Positions 1-12,098 of a stretch of DNA of 64,000 nucleotides are shown piece by piece. The position numbers were made by a program, and so were the translations under genes. This DNA comes from Macrostomum lignano (lineage: Eukaryota): contig NIVC01002731.1 of NCBI GenBank assembly GCA_002269645.1, positions 81,523-145,522 on the forward strand, in the 5' to 3' direction. Each line of letters starts with the position of its first letter. Within the stretch, counting starts at the first letter, position 1. The notes under the pieces are model-generated. The model ran no database searches, was not told the origin of the DNA, and was given only the letters and a program-made list of their open reading frames with translations.

Positions 1-815
1 TTGTACTGTGTAGGTCAATAGAAGGATTACGGATTGTACTGTGTAGGTCAATAGAAGGATTACTGGATTGTACTGTGTAGGTCAATAGAAGGATTACTGG
101 ATTGTACTGTGTAGGTCAATAGAAGGATTACTGGATTGTACTGTGTAGGTCAATAGAAGGATTACGGATTGTACTGTGAAGGTCAATAGAAGGATTACGG
201 ATTGTACTGTGAAGGTCAATAGAAGGATTACGGATTGTACTGTGAAGGTCAATAGAAGGATTACTGCATTGTACTGTGAAGGTCAATAGAAGGATTACGG
301 ATTGTACTGTGAAGGTCAATAGAAGGATTACGGATTGTGCTGTGAAGGTCAATAGAAGGATTACGGATTGTACTGTGAAGGTCAATAGAAGGATTACTGC
401 ATTGTACTGTGAAGGTCAATAGAAGGATTACGGATTGTACTGTGAAGGTCACTAGAAGGATTACGGATTGTACTGTGAAGGTCAATAGAAGGATTACTGC
501 ATTGTACTGTGAAGGTCAATAGAAGGATTACGGATTGTACTGTGAAGGTCAATAGAAGGATTACGGATTGTGCTGTGAAGGTCAATAGAAGGATTACGGA
601 TTGTACTGTGAAGGTCAATAGAAGGATTACTGCATTGTACTGTGAAGGTCAATAGAAGGATTACGGATTGTACTGTGAAGGTCAATAGAAGGATTACGGA
701 TTGTACTGTGAAGGTCAATAGAAGGATTACTGGATTGTACTGTGAAGGTCAATAGAAGGATTACGGATTGTACTGTGTAGGTCAATAGAAGGATTACTGG
801 ATTGTACTGTGTAGA
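1..815. repeat. Minisatellite, 33-34 bp unit (GGATTGTACTGTGAAGGTCAATAGAAGGATTAC), intronic in collagen A
   Basis: About 24 near-identical tandem copies read directly from the sequence; the array begins beyond the window edge. Confidence 0.97.
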
Positions 816-833
816 AGAACTATTAGCACTCAC

Positions 834-3800
834 AGCAGCTCCCTGCGGTCCGTAGCCGCCACTGCGACCTTCAAAGCCCTTCGGTCCCCTGTCACCGACG
901 GGGCCGCGACCGCCGGCGGCGCCTTTTTCGCCGGCTTCGCCTTCGCTGCCACGCAGCCCACGAAATCCGTCGAAGCCCGGAGCGCCCGGCTCGCCAACTT
1001 GGCCGGGCGTCCCGACGCTGCCAGGCTGGCCGGGCGGACCGGTGGAACCGCGCGGACCTTTGGCGCCTTTAGCGCCAACCGCGCCGGTTGGGCCGCGCGT
1101 ACCTGGATCCCGAGAGCGCCGCCGGCTCCGTCGGGACCGGGACGCCGTTGAGGCCCCGACGACCTGGCGAGCCGATGCCGCCAGCACTGCCTTTCGGACC
1201 GGGCGAGCCGGGCGAGCCGACAGGACCAGCGGCACCTGTGGCTCCCTGAATAGTGCGGCGTGTACTTTTGCTAAGCAGATGAAGCGAAGAAGATAGCAAA
1301 AACGGGGAAGAATATCAAGAAATTCAGTTCATAGATGGCCAGACTTTCTATCAAAGAAAAGTTAGATATTAGTCCGCTCTTCATCGGCAATTGACCTCTG
1401 AGCTAGGAACTCATCGTTGATTAATAACCAGTTAGTCGAGTTCTCGGATAAGTACTCACGTTGCTACCGGGTGATCCATCTGGCCCAGGCATGCCTCGAA
1501 TGCCGATGGGTCCAACGGAGCCGGGCGACCCGTTGGAGCCGTCCTTGCCCGGGTAGCCTTTCAAACCGGGGAGGCCTTTGGAACCTGATCGGCCGGGGCG
1601 CCCGGCTTCGCCCTGTTTAGAGTTCATCCAGGTGTAATTATGTACTTGAAGTAATTAGATGCTAATCACGGAGAGATCTTTAGTGACTTCATAGAATTCA
1701 CGGTGTGCAAACCCGCTAATTGCAAATCTTTGCGTTACAACAACGGTCTGTTTTTGAATCTTTGACGCAAAGGGGCTGTGTGCACCCTGGCGCACTTTAA
1801 GCGACATTGTCACACAACCGGCGAAAGGCATTACTGCCCATTCCACCTACTCCCCTGAGCAGGCACACAAAGCGCGCGGATACGTGCGCAGTCATACGCA
1901 CAGGCACACACTCACACAGGAGTGACTTCACTAAAGTCTGTGTGATCGCACGAAACTTGGCCTTATTTGATAGCGTTATAGACTAGCCTAAAGCCTACCG
2001 GTAAAGGCGGAGAGAACAGCTCACCTGCAGTCCCTGTTGGCCATTTTTGCCCGTAGCTCCCTCGTCGCCGTCGCGGCCGTCCTCTCCGGATTCGCCCGGC
2101 TCTCCCGTCTGTCCCTGCTCGCCTTTGGGACCGGCTTCCCCGGGTGCGCCTGGGACGCCCGGCGAACCGGGACTGCCAGCCAGGCCCTGCTCACCAACCG
2201 GTCCTTTGTCGCCTGGGGCGCCGCGCTTGCCAGAGTCGCCGCGCTCGCCAGATTCGCCGCGCTCTCCGACGCCGCCGTTTTCGCCGCCGCGTCCGGGATA
2301 GCCTGGCTGGGCGGCCGGGCCCGGGCTTCCGACTTTGCCGAGCTCGCCCGGCGAGCCCCGCGGTCCCGGGCGGCCTTTAGCGCCGGGCCGGCCAACCGGT
2401 CCGGCTGGGCCGATCGGGCCCTGGCGGCCCGGCTCGCCAATGTCGCCGCGAGTGCCTTTGATGCCGGGCAGGCCGTCGAGGCCTGGCGGTCCCGCGTTAC
2501 CAGACGCCCCAGGCGGTCCCGGCTTGCCTTTGGCGCCTGCCAGACCTGTCGGGCCGGGCAGTCCGGCGTCGCCTTTCTCGCCGTGGCTGCCAATCGGACC
2601 CTCGGCGCCAGGAAAGCCGACCGGACCGATGAGGCCGGGCTGACCGATCGGCCCGGTGACACCTGGTGAACCGGGCAGGCCGGTGGAGCCGCGCTCTCCG
2701 ACCGGCCCATCGGGTCCCGGCTCGCCCCGCTCTCCTAAGAGGCCCATCGGCCCAGCGGGTCCGACTGCGCCCTCGTTTCCTGGTGCACCGGCGTCGCCTT
2801 CCTGGCCCTTGGCGCCCGTAGCACCTGGCGGGCCCTTGGCGCCGGGACCTCCCGCGTCGCCGATGGGGCCGTTGAGGCCGAGCTCGCCAGGCAGGCCCGG
2901 ACGGCCCGGCGGCCCGACCGGGCCTCGGTCTCCTTGGGCGCCTTTTTTGCCCGGAGAGCCCGGCTCGCCGGCGTTGCCAGGTCGGCCGTCCAGACCGACA
3001 TAGCCGTGCTGGCCTGGAGAGCCAGGCGGTCCAGGCGGACCGGGCGGGCCTGGGTTGCCTTTGATTCCGATTGGGCCCTGGGGTGCTTCGGGCTGCAGAG
3101 AGCGGCGAGTGCGAACCTGCGGGACGTAAGGCATGAGGGAGTTGCTTAAGATGCCATGGCTCAATGGGGAGTTGCTTAAGATGCCATGGCTCAATGGGGA
3201 GTTGCTTAAGATGCCATGGCTCAATGGGGAGTTGCTTGAGATGCCATGGCTCAATGGGGAGTTGCTTGAGATGCCATGGCTCAATGGGGAGTTGCTTGAG
3301 ATGCCATGGCTCAATGGGGAGTTGCTTGAGATGCCATGGCTCAATGGGGAGTTGCTTGAGATGCCATGGCTCAATGGGGAGTTGCTTGAATGCCATGGCT
3401 CAATGGGGATTTGCTTGAGATGCCATGGCTCAATGGGGATTTGCTTGAGATGCCATGGCTCAATGGGGAGTTGCTTGAGATGCCATGGCTCAATGGGGAG
3501 TTACTTGAGATGCCATGGCTCAATGGGGAGTTGCTTGAGATGCTATGGGCTCAAGTGGGAGTTGTTTGAGATGCTATGGGCTCAAGTGGGAGTTGTTTGA
3601 GATGCTATGGGCTCAAGTGGGAGTTGTTTGAGATGCTATGGGCTCAAGTGGGAGTTGTTTGAGATGCTATGGGCTCAAGTGGGGGAGTTGCTTTTCTCAC
3701 CTGATGCTCCGTGTTGCCAGACGTCACTGAAACAAGTTGAGTAGAATCTGTTTATTAAAAAGACGAACTCACGGGAAGTGGTAATAATTTGATGAAAATT

Positions 3801-3893
3801 TGACAGGAGATTTAGCTAACTTGGCTTCAACGTACCTTGGCACAGTGCTAGCAGAGCCAGCAGCATCGCTGTGAGACAAGTGAGGCAAGCCAT
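834..3893 (-). CDS. Collagen alpha chain A, 5' part (gene continues left of the window)
   Basis: Exons 3893-3836 (signal peptide [19 protein letters not shown]), 3726-3701 (26-nt micro-exon), 3116-2025 ([13 protein letters not shown] plus 117 Gly-X-Y triplets), 1612-1460 (17 triplets) and 1245-834. All have GT-AG boundaries with consistent phases. The last exon is 412 nt and needs 2 extra bases near 1100-1145 to give 46 triplets. Confidence 0.92.
1785..1925 (-). mobile_element. Fragment of a dispersed repeat (probable SINE 3' part)
   Basis: Shares CCCTGG..TTTAAGCGACA..TGTCAC, TACTGCCCATTCCACC..ACTCCCCTG and CACTCACACAGGAGTG blocks with 62689-62790. Confidence 0.55.
3133..3690. repeat. Minisatellite, 30-31 bp unit (GAGATGCCATGGCTCAATGGGGAGTTGCTT), collagen A intron 2
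   Basis: Tandem copies fill the intron between exons 3701-3726 and 2025-3116. Confidence 0.96.
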
Positions 3894-4498
3894 GATCGAT
3901 TCCGGCTCCTACCAGCTCAAGCCTGTTTCTTCAAGTGACCCTCCGGTCCGAGGTAGCTTACTCAGGAAACCGATCTCGGCCTGTTTGTCCAGGCGTTCAA
4001 ACTGTACTGTATAGCCGCTTTGCCAGCCAGGCCCCGGGTTCGGCCAAGTAAATGAAGGAAAGAAGACAAAAGTTAAGCTTGGCTGATGGGCGAACAGCAA
4101 AGGAACGGACGCGCCGTACTTACGGTGCATGCGTTGTCTAATTCCGGTTCGTTCCCTGGCCGGGGCCAACCCTCAGCCACGCAGATGATAGCCATGGTTG
4201 GGGTTTGGATTCTTTGCCTTGGAACTGTCAGAGAGATTGCAGGCTGCGGAAAGGTCGTGGCCCAGCAGCTGACCAGGACTTTGGCTGTACGCTTTCAGGG
4301 GTTACGAATCTGCAAATTCTCGGCTAGAAGGGTGGTGCAAAAAATTTTTCCCGAGAAGAAATTTTGATGAAGACGCGAGGTTTGATCATCATGACTCGAA
4401 TTTGGTGCCTCTGCACTCGCTTTGATGCTGCAAACCCGAATTTGGCGACCCTAGCAGCACCTCTAATAGCTCGTACGACTGTCATCCACTAAGGCTTC

Positions 4499-7400
4499 AC
4501 TGACAAACATCTAAGCACTACTGACATCCACTTAGATAACACTGACAACACATCTAAGCACTACTGATATCCACTTAGATAACACTGACAACACATCTAA
4601 GCACTACTGATATCCACTTAGGCTTCACTGACAACACATCTAAGCACTACTGATATCCACTTAGATAACACTGACAACACATCTAAGCACTATACTGATA
4701 TCCACTTAGGTAACACTGACAACACATCTAAGCACTACTGATATCCACTTAGATAACACTGACAACACATCTAAGCACTATACTGATATCCACTTAGGTA
4801 ACACTGACAACACATCTAAGCACTACTGATATCCACTTAGGCTTCACTGACAAACATCTAGGCACTACTGACATCCACTTAGATAACACTGACAACACAT
4901 CTAAGCACTACTGATATCCACTTAGATAACACTGACAACACATCTAAGCACTACTGATATCCACTTAGATAACACTGACAACACATCTAAGCACTACTGA
5001 TATCCACTTAGATAACACTGACAACACATCTAAGCACTACTGATATCCACTTAGGTAACACTGACAACACATCTAAGCACTACTGATATCCACTTAGGTA
5101 ACACTGACAACAACAACAACAACAACAGAGTACGCTGCCGGATCGCAAAAGCAGCGTCAGATGGCACGCTTCAAGGCTTGGGCGCGAACAAAGGCCGCAC
5201 CGCCGGCAGGGTCCGGGGCGCCGGCGTCAGCCAGCAGACAGTCGACGTAGCGCCGTGTCCTCGCCTGTCCCCGCCGGTAGGGTGCCTGCAACGTAAGTAG
5301 CAGCACCTCCTGCACCGGCTCTGGACAGTAGGCCTCGGCGCGGATGACGTGGCCTGCCAGCTGGAGTCGCCGACGGCGCAGCAGATCGCTAGGACGGGCC
5401 AGGCCGGCGCGATGATAGAGCGCCGTGTTGGTGACTCGCTCGTTGCCGATCTTGAAGGCGGCGCGCAGCAGGCCAATGGCGCACATCGTCGCCATTCCAA
5501 AGAAGCCGGGCACCACCAAGCTCGAGGAGCATCGAGGCATCTGCCTACAGTCCTGCGCCGCGAAGCTGTTCAACCGCATGCTGCTATCGCGGCTACAGCC
5601 TGTGCTGGACCCGTACCTGCGGCCTGAGCAGAACGGATTCCGGCCCCATCGCGGCACAGTGACGCAGATCCTGGCTCTTCGGCGAGTCATCGAGGAGGCG
5701 CGCATCCGCCAGTTGACCCTGATCCTGATCTTCGTCGATTTCAGGAAGGCCTTCGACTCGGTCGTGAGGGACGCGCTCCCAGAGGTGCTCCGTGCGTACA
5801 ACGTGCCAGAGCTGCTGATTTCTGCTGTCATGGCGCTGTACCACGGCACGACGGCTGCTGTCTCAACACCGGACGGCCTATCGGATTTCTTCGGGACATC
5901 CTCCGGGGTGCTCCAGGGAGATACGCTAGCGCCGTTCCTATTTATTCTGGTGCTTGACTGGGTGCTACGGACTGCTCTGCCTTCCAACGACGACGGCTTC
6001 CTGCTGCGGCGACGCGTGGGTCGACGCCAACCGGAGAGACGGCTCAGCGTGCTTGGCTACGCCGATGACCTCGCCCTGCTGTCCTCGACCGTCGAGGGCG
6101 CCCAACGACAGCTGGATAGGCTGGTTGCCGTTGCGGCGAGCGTCGGCCTGGTGGTCAACACGCAGAAGACCGTCGTGCTATGCGTGCCGGACGACACCGA
6201 GGCTGCAATCTTCTGCCGAGGCGCTGACGGACAGGCGAGTGAGCTTCCAAGATGTCAGCAGTTCGTCTACCTCGGCGGTCTGGTTCCCGACGTCCGCGAG
6301 GATCTGCGGCGTCGCCGAGGACTTGCCTGGGCTGCCTTTCGTTCTATAAGGTCAGTCCTGCAGTCCGAGGCCCTACCGGACCGCCAGAGGGCGGCGCTGT
6401 TCCAGGCGGTGATCGAGACCGTCCTGTTATACAACGCCGAGACCTGGACGCTGACAGACTCGCTCGAGGCTCAAGTCGACTGACAACACATCTAAGCACT
6501 ACTGATATCCACTTAGATAACACTGACAACACATCTAAGCACTATACTGATATCCACTTAGGTAACACTGACAAACATCTAAGCACTATACTGATATCCA
6601 CTTAGGTAACACTGACAAACATCTAAGCACTATACTGATATCCACTTAGGTAACACTGACAAACATCTAAGCACTATACTGATATCCACTTAGGTAACAC
6701 TGACAAACATCTAAGCACTATACTGATATCCACTTAGGTAACACTGACAAACATCTAAGCACTATACTGATATCCACTTAGGTAACACTGACAACACATC
6801 TAAGCACTATACTGATATCCACTTAGGTAACACTGACAACACATCTAAGCACTATACTGATATCCACTTAGGTAACACTGACAAACATCTAAGCACTATA
6901 CTGATATCCACTTAGGTAACACTGACAAACATCTAAGCACTATACTGATATCCACTTAGGTAACACTGACAAACATCTAAGCACTATACTGATATCCACT
7001 TAGGTAACACTGACAAACATCTAAGCACTATACTGATATCCACTTAGGTAACACTGACAAACATCTAAGCACTATACTGATATCCACTTAGGTAACACTG
7101 ACAAACATCTAAGCACTATACTGATATCCACTTAGGTAACACTGACAAACATCTAAGCACTATACTGATATCCACTTAGGTAACACTGACAAACATCTAA
7201 GCACTATACTGATATCCACTTAGGTAACACTGACAAACATCTAAGCACTATACTGATATCCACTTAGGTAACACTGACAAACATCTAAGCACTATACTGA
7301 TATCCACTTAGGTAACACTGACAAACATCTAAGCACTATACTGATATCCACTTAGGTAACACTGACAAACATCTAAGCACTATACTGATATCCACTTAGG

Positions 7401-7545
7401 TAACACTGACAAACATCTGGGCACCACTGATTTTCACTTAGGTGAAAATTTTCACTGACAAACATCTAGGCACCACTGATTTTCACTTAGGTAACACTGA
7501 CAAACATCTAAGCACTACTGATATCCACTTAGATAACACTGACAA
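4499..7545. repeat. Minisatellite, 41-43 bp unit (ACTGACAA(C)ACATCTAAGCACTA(TA)CTGATATCCACTTAG(G/A)TAAC), interrupted by a LINE
   Basis: Tandem copies at 4499-5110 and 6479-7545. A residual partial unit at 11356-11385 lies beyond the P element. Confidence 0.96.
5113..6478. mobile_element. 5'-truncated, 5'-inverted RTE-clade LINE (reverse transcriptase fragment)
   Basis: The plus-strand segment ~5476-6480 encodes RT motifs (QNGFRP, DFRKAFDSV, GVLQGDTLAPFLF, YADD, FVYLG, YNAETWTL). The minus-strand segment ~5475-5157 encodes the RT C-terminus (GLLRAAFKI..LRRRRLQLAGHVIR) and a stop, followed by a (GTT)n tail at ~5108-5127. The TSD ACTGACAACA is at 5103-5112 and 6479-6488. Confidence 0.9.
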
Positions 7546-7784
7546 CAGGGACAACTAAAACCCTCGGGACGCGAAACGAGCCAATTCATGGCAAAAAATC
7601 TGAGGGGCTCGCTTAAAAGTATTGTTCTATGGCTCTTTCAAGTCTTATCTGCTATCAGACATTAATGGTTAGATTAAATCAATGTCGAGTATTTACTTTA
7701 AAGAATAAGAACCAGTGATATAATTACAATTTATTAATTTATAATTACAATTTATAATAAAGTAACCGCCATATCAACAAAAAA

Positions 7785-8203
7785 CTCCAACGGCAAGAAG
7801 ATAAAAGATGAAAGCAAAGATATAACTCCAACGGCAAGAAGATAAAAGATGAAAGCAAAGATATAACTCCAACGGCAAGAAGATAAAAGATGAAAGCAAA
7901 GATATAACTCCAACGGCAAGAAGATAAAAGATGAAAGCAAAGATATAACTCCAACGGCAAGAAGATAAAAGATGAAAGCAAAGATATAACTCCAACGGCA
8001 AGAAGATAAAAGATGAAAGCAAAGATATAACTCCAACGGCAAGAAGATAAAAGATGAAAGCAAAGATATAACTCCAACGGCAAGAAGATAAAAGATGAAA
8101 GCAAAGATATAACTCCAACGGCAAGATGATGAAAGCGAAGATGAAACTCCAACGGCAAGAAGATAAAGGATGAAAGCGAAGATGAAACTCCAACGGCAAG
8201 AAG
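7785..8203. repeat. 41-bp minisatellite inside the P element, downstream of the transposase
   Basis: Unit CTCCAACGGCAAGAAGATAAAAGATGAAAGCAAAGATATAA, about 10 copies. Confidence 0.95.
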
Positions 8204-8285
8204 ATAGAAGCAAATACGGTACTCCAAGGACAAGACGACACAAACAGTCAGTAGCTCGTACATAAAGGAAACGCTGGAACTTCAC

Positions 8286-11157
8286 CTACTGAGCATCTAA
8301 CTTCCGAAGCTTTCTATCATGGGATGTCGTCGGTATTGGTGGGAGTTTTGACGAGCGTCTTACTAGTCCTTTGAAAAAAACGTTGGCTAGCTGACGAGAC
8401 ACACTGTCCATGCTGAACTGTGTCTTAGTTGGAAAGTAAAAGTCCTTAATAACATAAAACAGCTTCTGCATGCGAGTTGCGCACGTAGGAGAGTGCAGAA
8501 TAAAGCTGCTGTAGCAGAGACAGGATAAGTCTAACAGCCATTGTGGAGGATGACAAAGCTTTCCGCGAGATAACTCTTCAGTGAATTCGCTGGCTGGAAT
8601 ACTTGTCTCTGATATCAAATCTGTTCCTTTGATGCCTTCTTTAGTCGCTGTATAACCTGTCAATTTCCAATAAAGCACGGTTTGAATTGTTTTTATGAGA
8701 TTGTGTAAAACCTCGTTGTGAATTAAATTTTAATTAATATCCAGCTTACCTGCGATATAGTAGAGCGAAGCCATCTCCGAAATGGAAAGCTCCTCTGATT
8801 TCGCAGCATAATTATCAATGGTCGCCAGTTCAATTTCATTCAGCTGTTCATTCCAACATTTGCTCCGATCGTGCTTGTAGTCTGCTAATTCAAGGGATGC
8901 GAATAACTTCATTCGTCGGAGTCGAGCACTGAGCAGCACTTGCTCCACAGATACATAGTAGTTGCCGCCGCTCATTTGGCGATACACGCCAAACTCAGCC
9001 TCAAGTGGATCACTGTGAAAGTCAGCCAGCAGAACGTAGCTGATTCGTGGGTCGGACAAAAGAACCTCACACATCTCACAGGCTCCGCGCAGTGAGTTTA
9101 CTAGCGCTGACTTGGTCTCGGGCGTCAATGAATGATGGCGAGCTCGGCCTTTTCCACAATGTGTCGAATCAAACGAATCCGCGAGCGCGCTAAGAAATTG
9201 TATGCTTTCATCTTGAACGGAATAGACTGGTCGCCTGTCCGGATCCCGTAGTTGTGCATGTAGATCAGGATTTTTACAATTGACAATTTTCCAGAATCTC
9301 ACTATGGTTTTGATAAATTCCGCAGTGTCTGAGTATCCATCACACTTCAATGCAGCGACAACCCTTTCATCGAGAACTTGGAGAGCGAGACTGACTTTAG
9401 TTTTCTGAATGCTTGTGGGATAACAGGCCTCATGAGTTAGACATGTGCGCTTGACTACGTGGTCTTTCTCCATTTGGTACAGGCGTACCACGTCTGACCA
9501 TTTAGCGGATATCTGTCTGTCAGCGCCAGGAGGTTGAATGCTCAGAATTCCATTCGCTTCCATTTGCCAATTGTTGCGAATGCATTTGATAATGTGAACG
9601 AAATCGAACAGCATGAAGAATTCCGACTCCTGTGCAGCATCCGTTCCAATCCATGGCTTCTCTCTTCCATCGCTAAATAAAGCAAAACACTTGCGGTTGG
9701 TGGGTGATTGTCGCTGATCAGAGCAATGACACGACCACCGTTGTTGTTAATTGCTTTAATGCATTGGCTGATGCATTTTTGCAGAAACTCCGCAGACAAA
9801 ATGTATGTCGGCAATAGTCGGACTACAAACGGTTTTCCACCAAGTAATGGCTTTACCATTATAGCCAAAATTGTCCTAGCAACCTGGTCCGGATCGTCGA
9901 CGGCTCGACCCAGAAGGTGACGGCATCGATATCGAACGGACGGTTGTATGTACATTTCGTCAAACATAATTACGCAGGTTCGCTGAGCTCCTGATAGACT
10001 AGCAAAAACTGACTGGATCACATCGGCTGCGTCGGTTTCTGTGCCAACTTCTCCTGTACCTGCTAGTTGCAGCTGCAGCGTTCGGGGATGAGGCAATGGC
10101 AATAGCTTCCGTAGGTAAGAGTAAGCCGAACTACTGATCAAGTAGAGCAATGCTGACTGTCGCACTAGTGAAATGTCATAGCAGCGATTGTTCCGATTTA
10201 CTAATGTAAGGCTAAGTTGTCGAATCAAAAACTGAAGCGACGGATCCAAATCAGAGTCAGAATCTATATCATCACTGATTCTACTAACAAACGCTTCGAC
10301 TTCACGTTGGGGATTGGCGTCGGAATTTTTGCACCACACGACAACAGCATCCAGTTGCGACCAGCGCTTGAGTGTTGGTTGAAATCCCAACAAGTCTCGA
10401 ACCGAAATCGGTGTATGCAGTTTGAATGCACGAATCAGAAAGTTGGGTGAGACAAAAATTCGAACAGACAGGTCTCCATCTTTATCTAACGTAAACAAGT
10501 AAACGTCTTCGTTCAGAATAGCTGTGTTCAGTGCATGTCGAGATACAACATCCGAATTTTTCACCTCAGCTCGAAAACTTTCCCATGCCGGCAAAAAATC
10601 AAGCAGCTGAAAAGCGTCCATCTCATCGATGTCGCCGCACCTCGCGTCAGAAAGAACACCGCGCTTTTCGGCCTATCGGTCCTGGTCTAAAATAAGAGTA
10701 AAAATAAAAGTAAGATAATTGTGAGCGGCAAAATCGATATAGACGCTAAGTGTTGAGCAATCTTTAAGTTACGTACCTTGGTTCTGAACAAAACACGAGC
10801 TAGGAACTCCATTAAAAACAGAAGGAGGATTAATTGGCCTTTCGGTAGAGTTTTTCTTGACCATTGGAGCATCGCTTGGCCAATGCTTTACGCACACGCC
10901 CATATTGTCAGTCACTCTCTAAAATAATAAATTTTGGGTTTCAAGTTGTTTGGACGAACTGGCATGCAGAATTGAAGCGGAATTATGCAGCAGTAATGAC
11001 AGCAAATGATCTGGTTTCTTACCTGGAGAATATTTGGCAGCGTCTTTCTCCATCGCTCTCGCTCCTGTGGATCTCTGGGAAACGCAAATATCCGTGTTCG
11101 AACAGCTTCAGAGTTGTAATTTGACGAGCACGGAAATACGCTGCACTTTCTTGGCAT
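8286..11157 (-). pseudogene. Spliced THAP-domain P-type transposase (4 exons, with lesions)
   Basis: Exons 11157-11023 (MPRKCSVFPC..FAFPRD..W), 10918-10777 (VCVKHW completes the THAP zinc finger), ~10687-8750 (CVIMFDEMYI, FDFVHIIKCIRNN, SDPLEAEFGVYRQ) and 8656-8286. There is an in-frame TAG early in exon 3 (~10674) and a 1-bp frameshift near 9700. Confidence 0.85.
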
Positions 11158-12098
11158 TTCATCAAGTGAATAAAAAATGCTTCTCTTGATATAGTTCAGC
11201 TTAGCTTCACTGCTGGCCGCAGCTAAAGCAATTTTAATTTGCCTGATAGCAGAGAAGACTTGAAAAAGCCATAGAACAATACTTTTAAGCGAGCCCCTCA
11301 GATTTTTTGCCATGAATTGGCTCGTTTCGCGTCCCGAGGGTTTTAGTTGTCCCTGACTGACAAACATCTAGGCACCACTGACATCCGTTTAAGAAACACA
11401 GGCTACGCTGACTTCTGTACTCTGATACTCTGACAATCTACATTTAGATTTTTAGACTGAATAATCCACCTGTACTAAACCAATTCTCACTAAAGCATTG
11501 AACACGAAGACTGTTTTTAAACTTGTGATATACTATACTACTGTCTAAGTAATATCAAAGATAAAGTTCGGTAACTTTTTTTGAACCACCCTTTCCCTCG
11601 TCTTGTTAAAACACCAACGGTACCAATAATGTGTACAGCGCGCTGGTCAATGTCCATGACCAAAATGGTGCAAACTTTGGATCCAACCGTATTGGCTCCT
11701 GTGAAGCTGGGTGGCTGGCTAACGCTGGGTGAATGCTGTTCTCTTAACCAGATGGAGGACATTCGGTACTGTTCCCCACGGTACGCCGCGTACCTTGCAG
11801 TACTGAACTGGACTACCAAGTTTCCACAGACAGTTTTGCAGACCCTCCAATGCTAACCTGAAAACCCCAGGCATGCTGGTTCCCCTTGCTTTCTCTCTTC
11901 CTTCCTTCCTTCCTTCCTTCCACCCTTCTGAAGCACTGCCTTTCACTTCCCTCGAAGCTACGCTGCTTTTTCCTCGACTTTCAAATCTCCCAATACTGTC
12001 TTATAGTTCCTCTCTCTGCAGTTTTTTAACCTCAGTCAAAGCTGCAAGCGATCAAGCTTTTCCATAGCTAGAACTTTATCAGCGATTGAAGAGCAATT

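Larger units (their letters stand above)
7546..11355 (-). mobile_element. P-superfamily DNA transposon with THAP transposase and ~115-bp TIRs
   Basis: TIRs start CAGGGACAACTAAAACCCTCGGG at 7546-7660 and 11241-11355. A perfect 8-bp TSD ACTGACAA lies at 7538-7545 and 11356-11363. Confidence 0.95.

Noticed and set aside
128-718. ORFs with repeated 'TFTVQSVILLL' peptides
   Set aside because: They are translations of the 33-34 bp intronic minisatellite.
2021-3149. Multiple overlapping Pro/Arg/Ala-rich ORFs over collagen exons, also at 13300-20800
   Set aside because: They are alternative-frame and antisense shadows of GC-rich Gly-X-Y codons.
11600-11860. Short frame containing SCEAGWLA, reminiscent of a Link-module motif
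   Set aside because: A stop follows immediately, and there is no further Link consensus or splice support.
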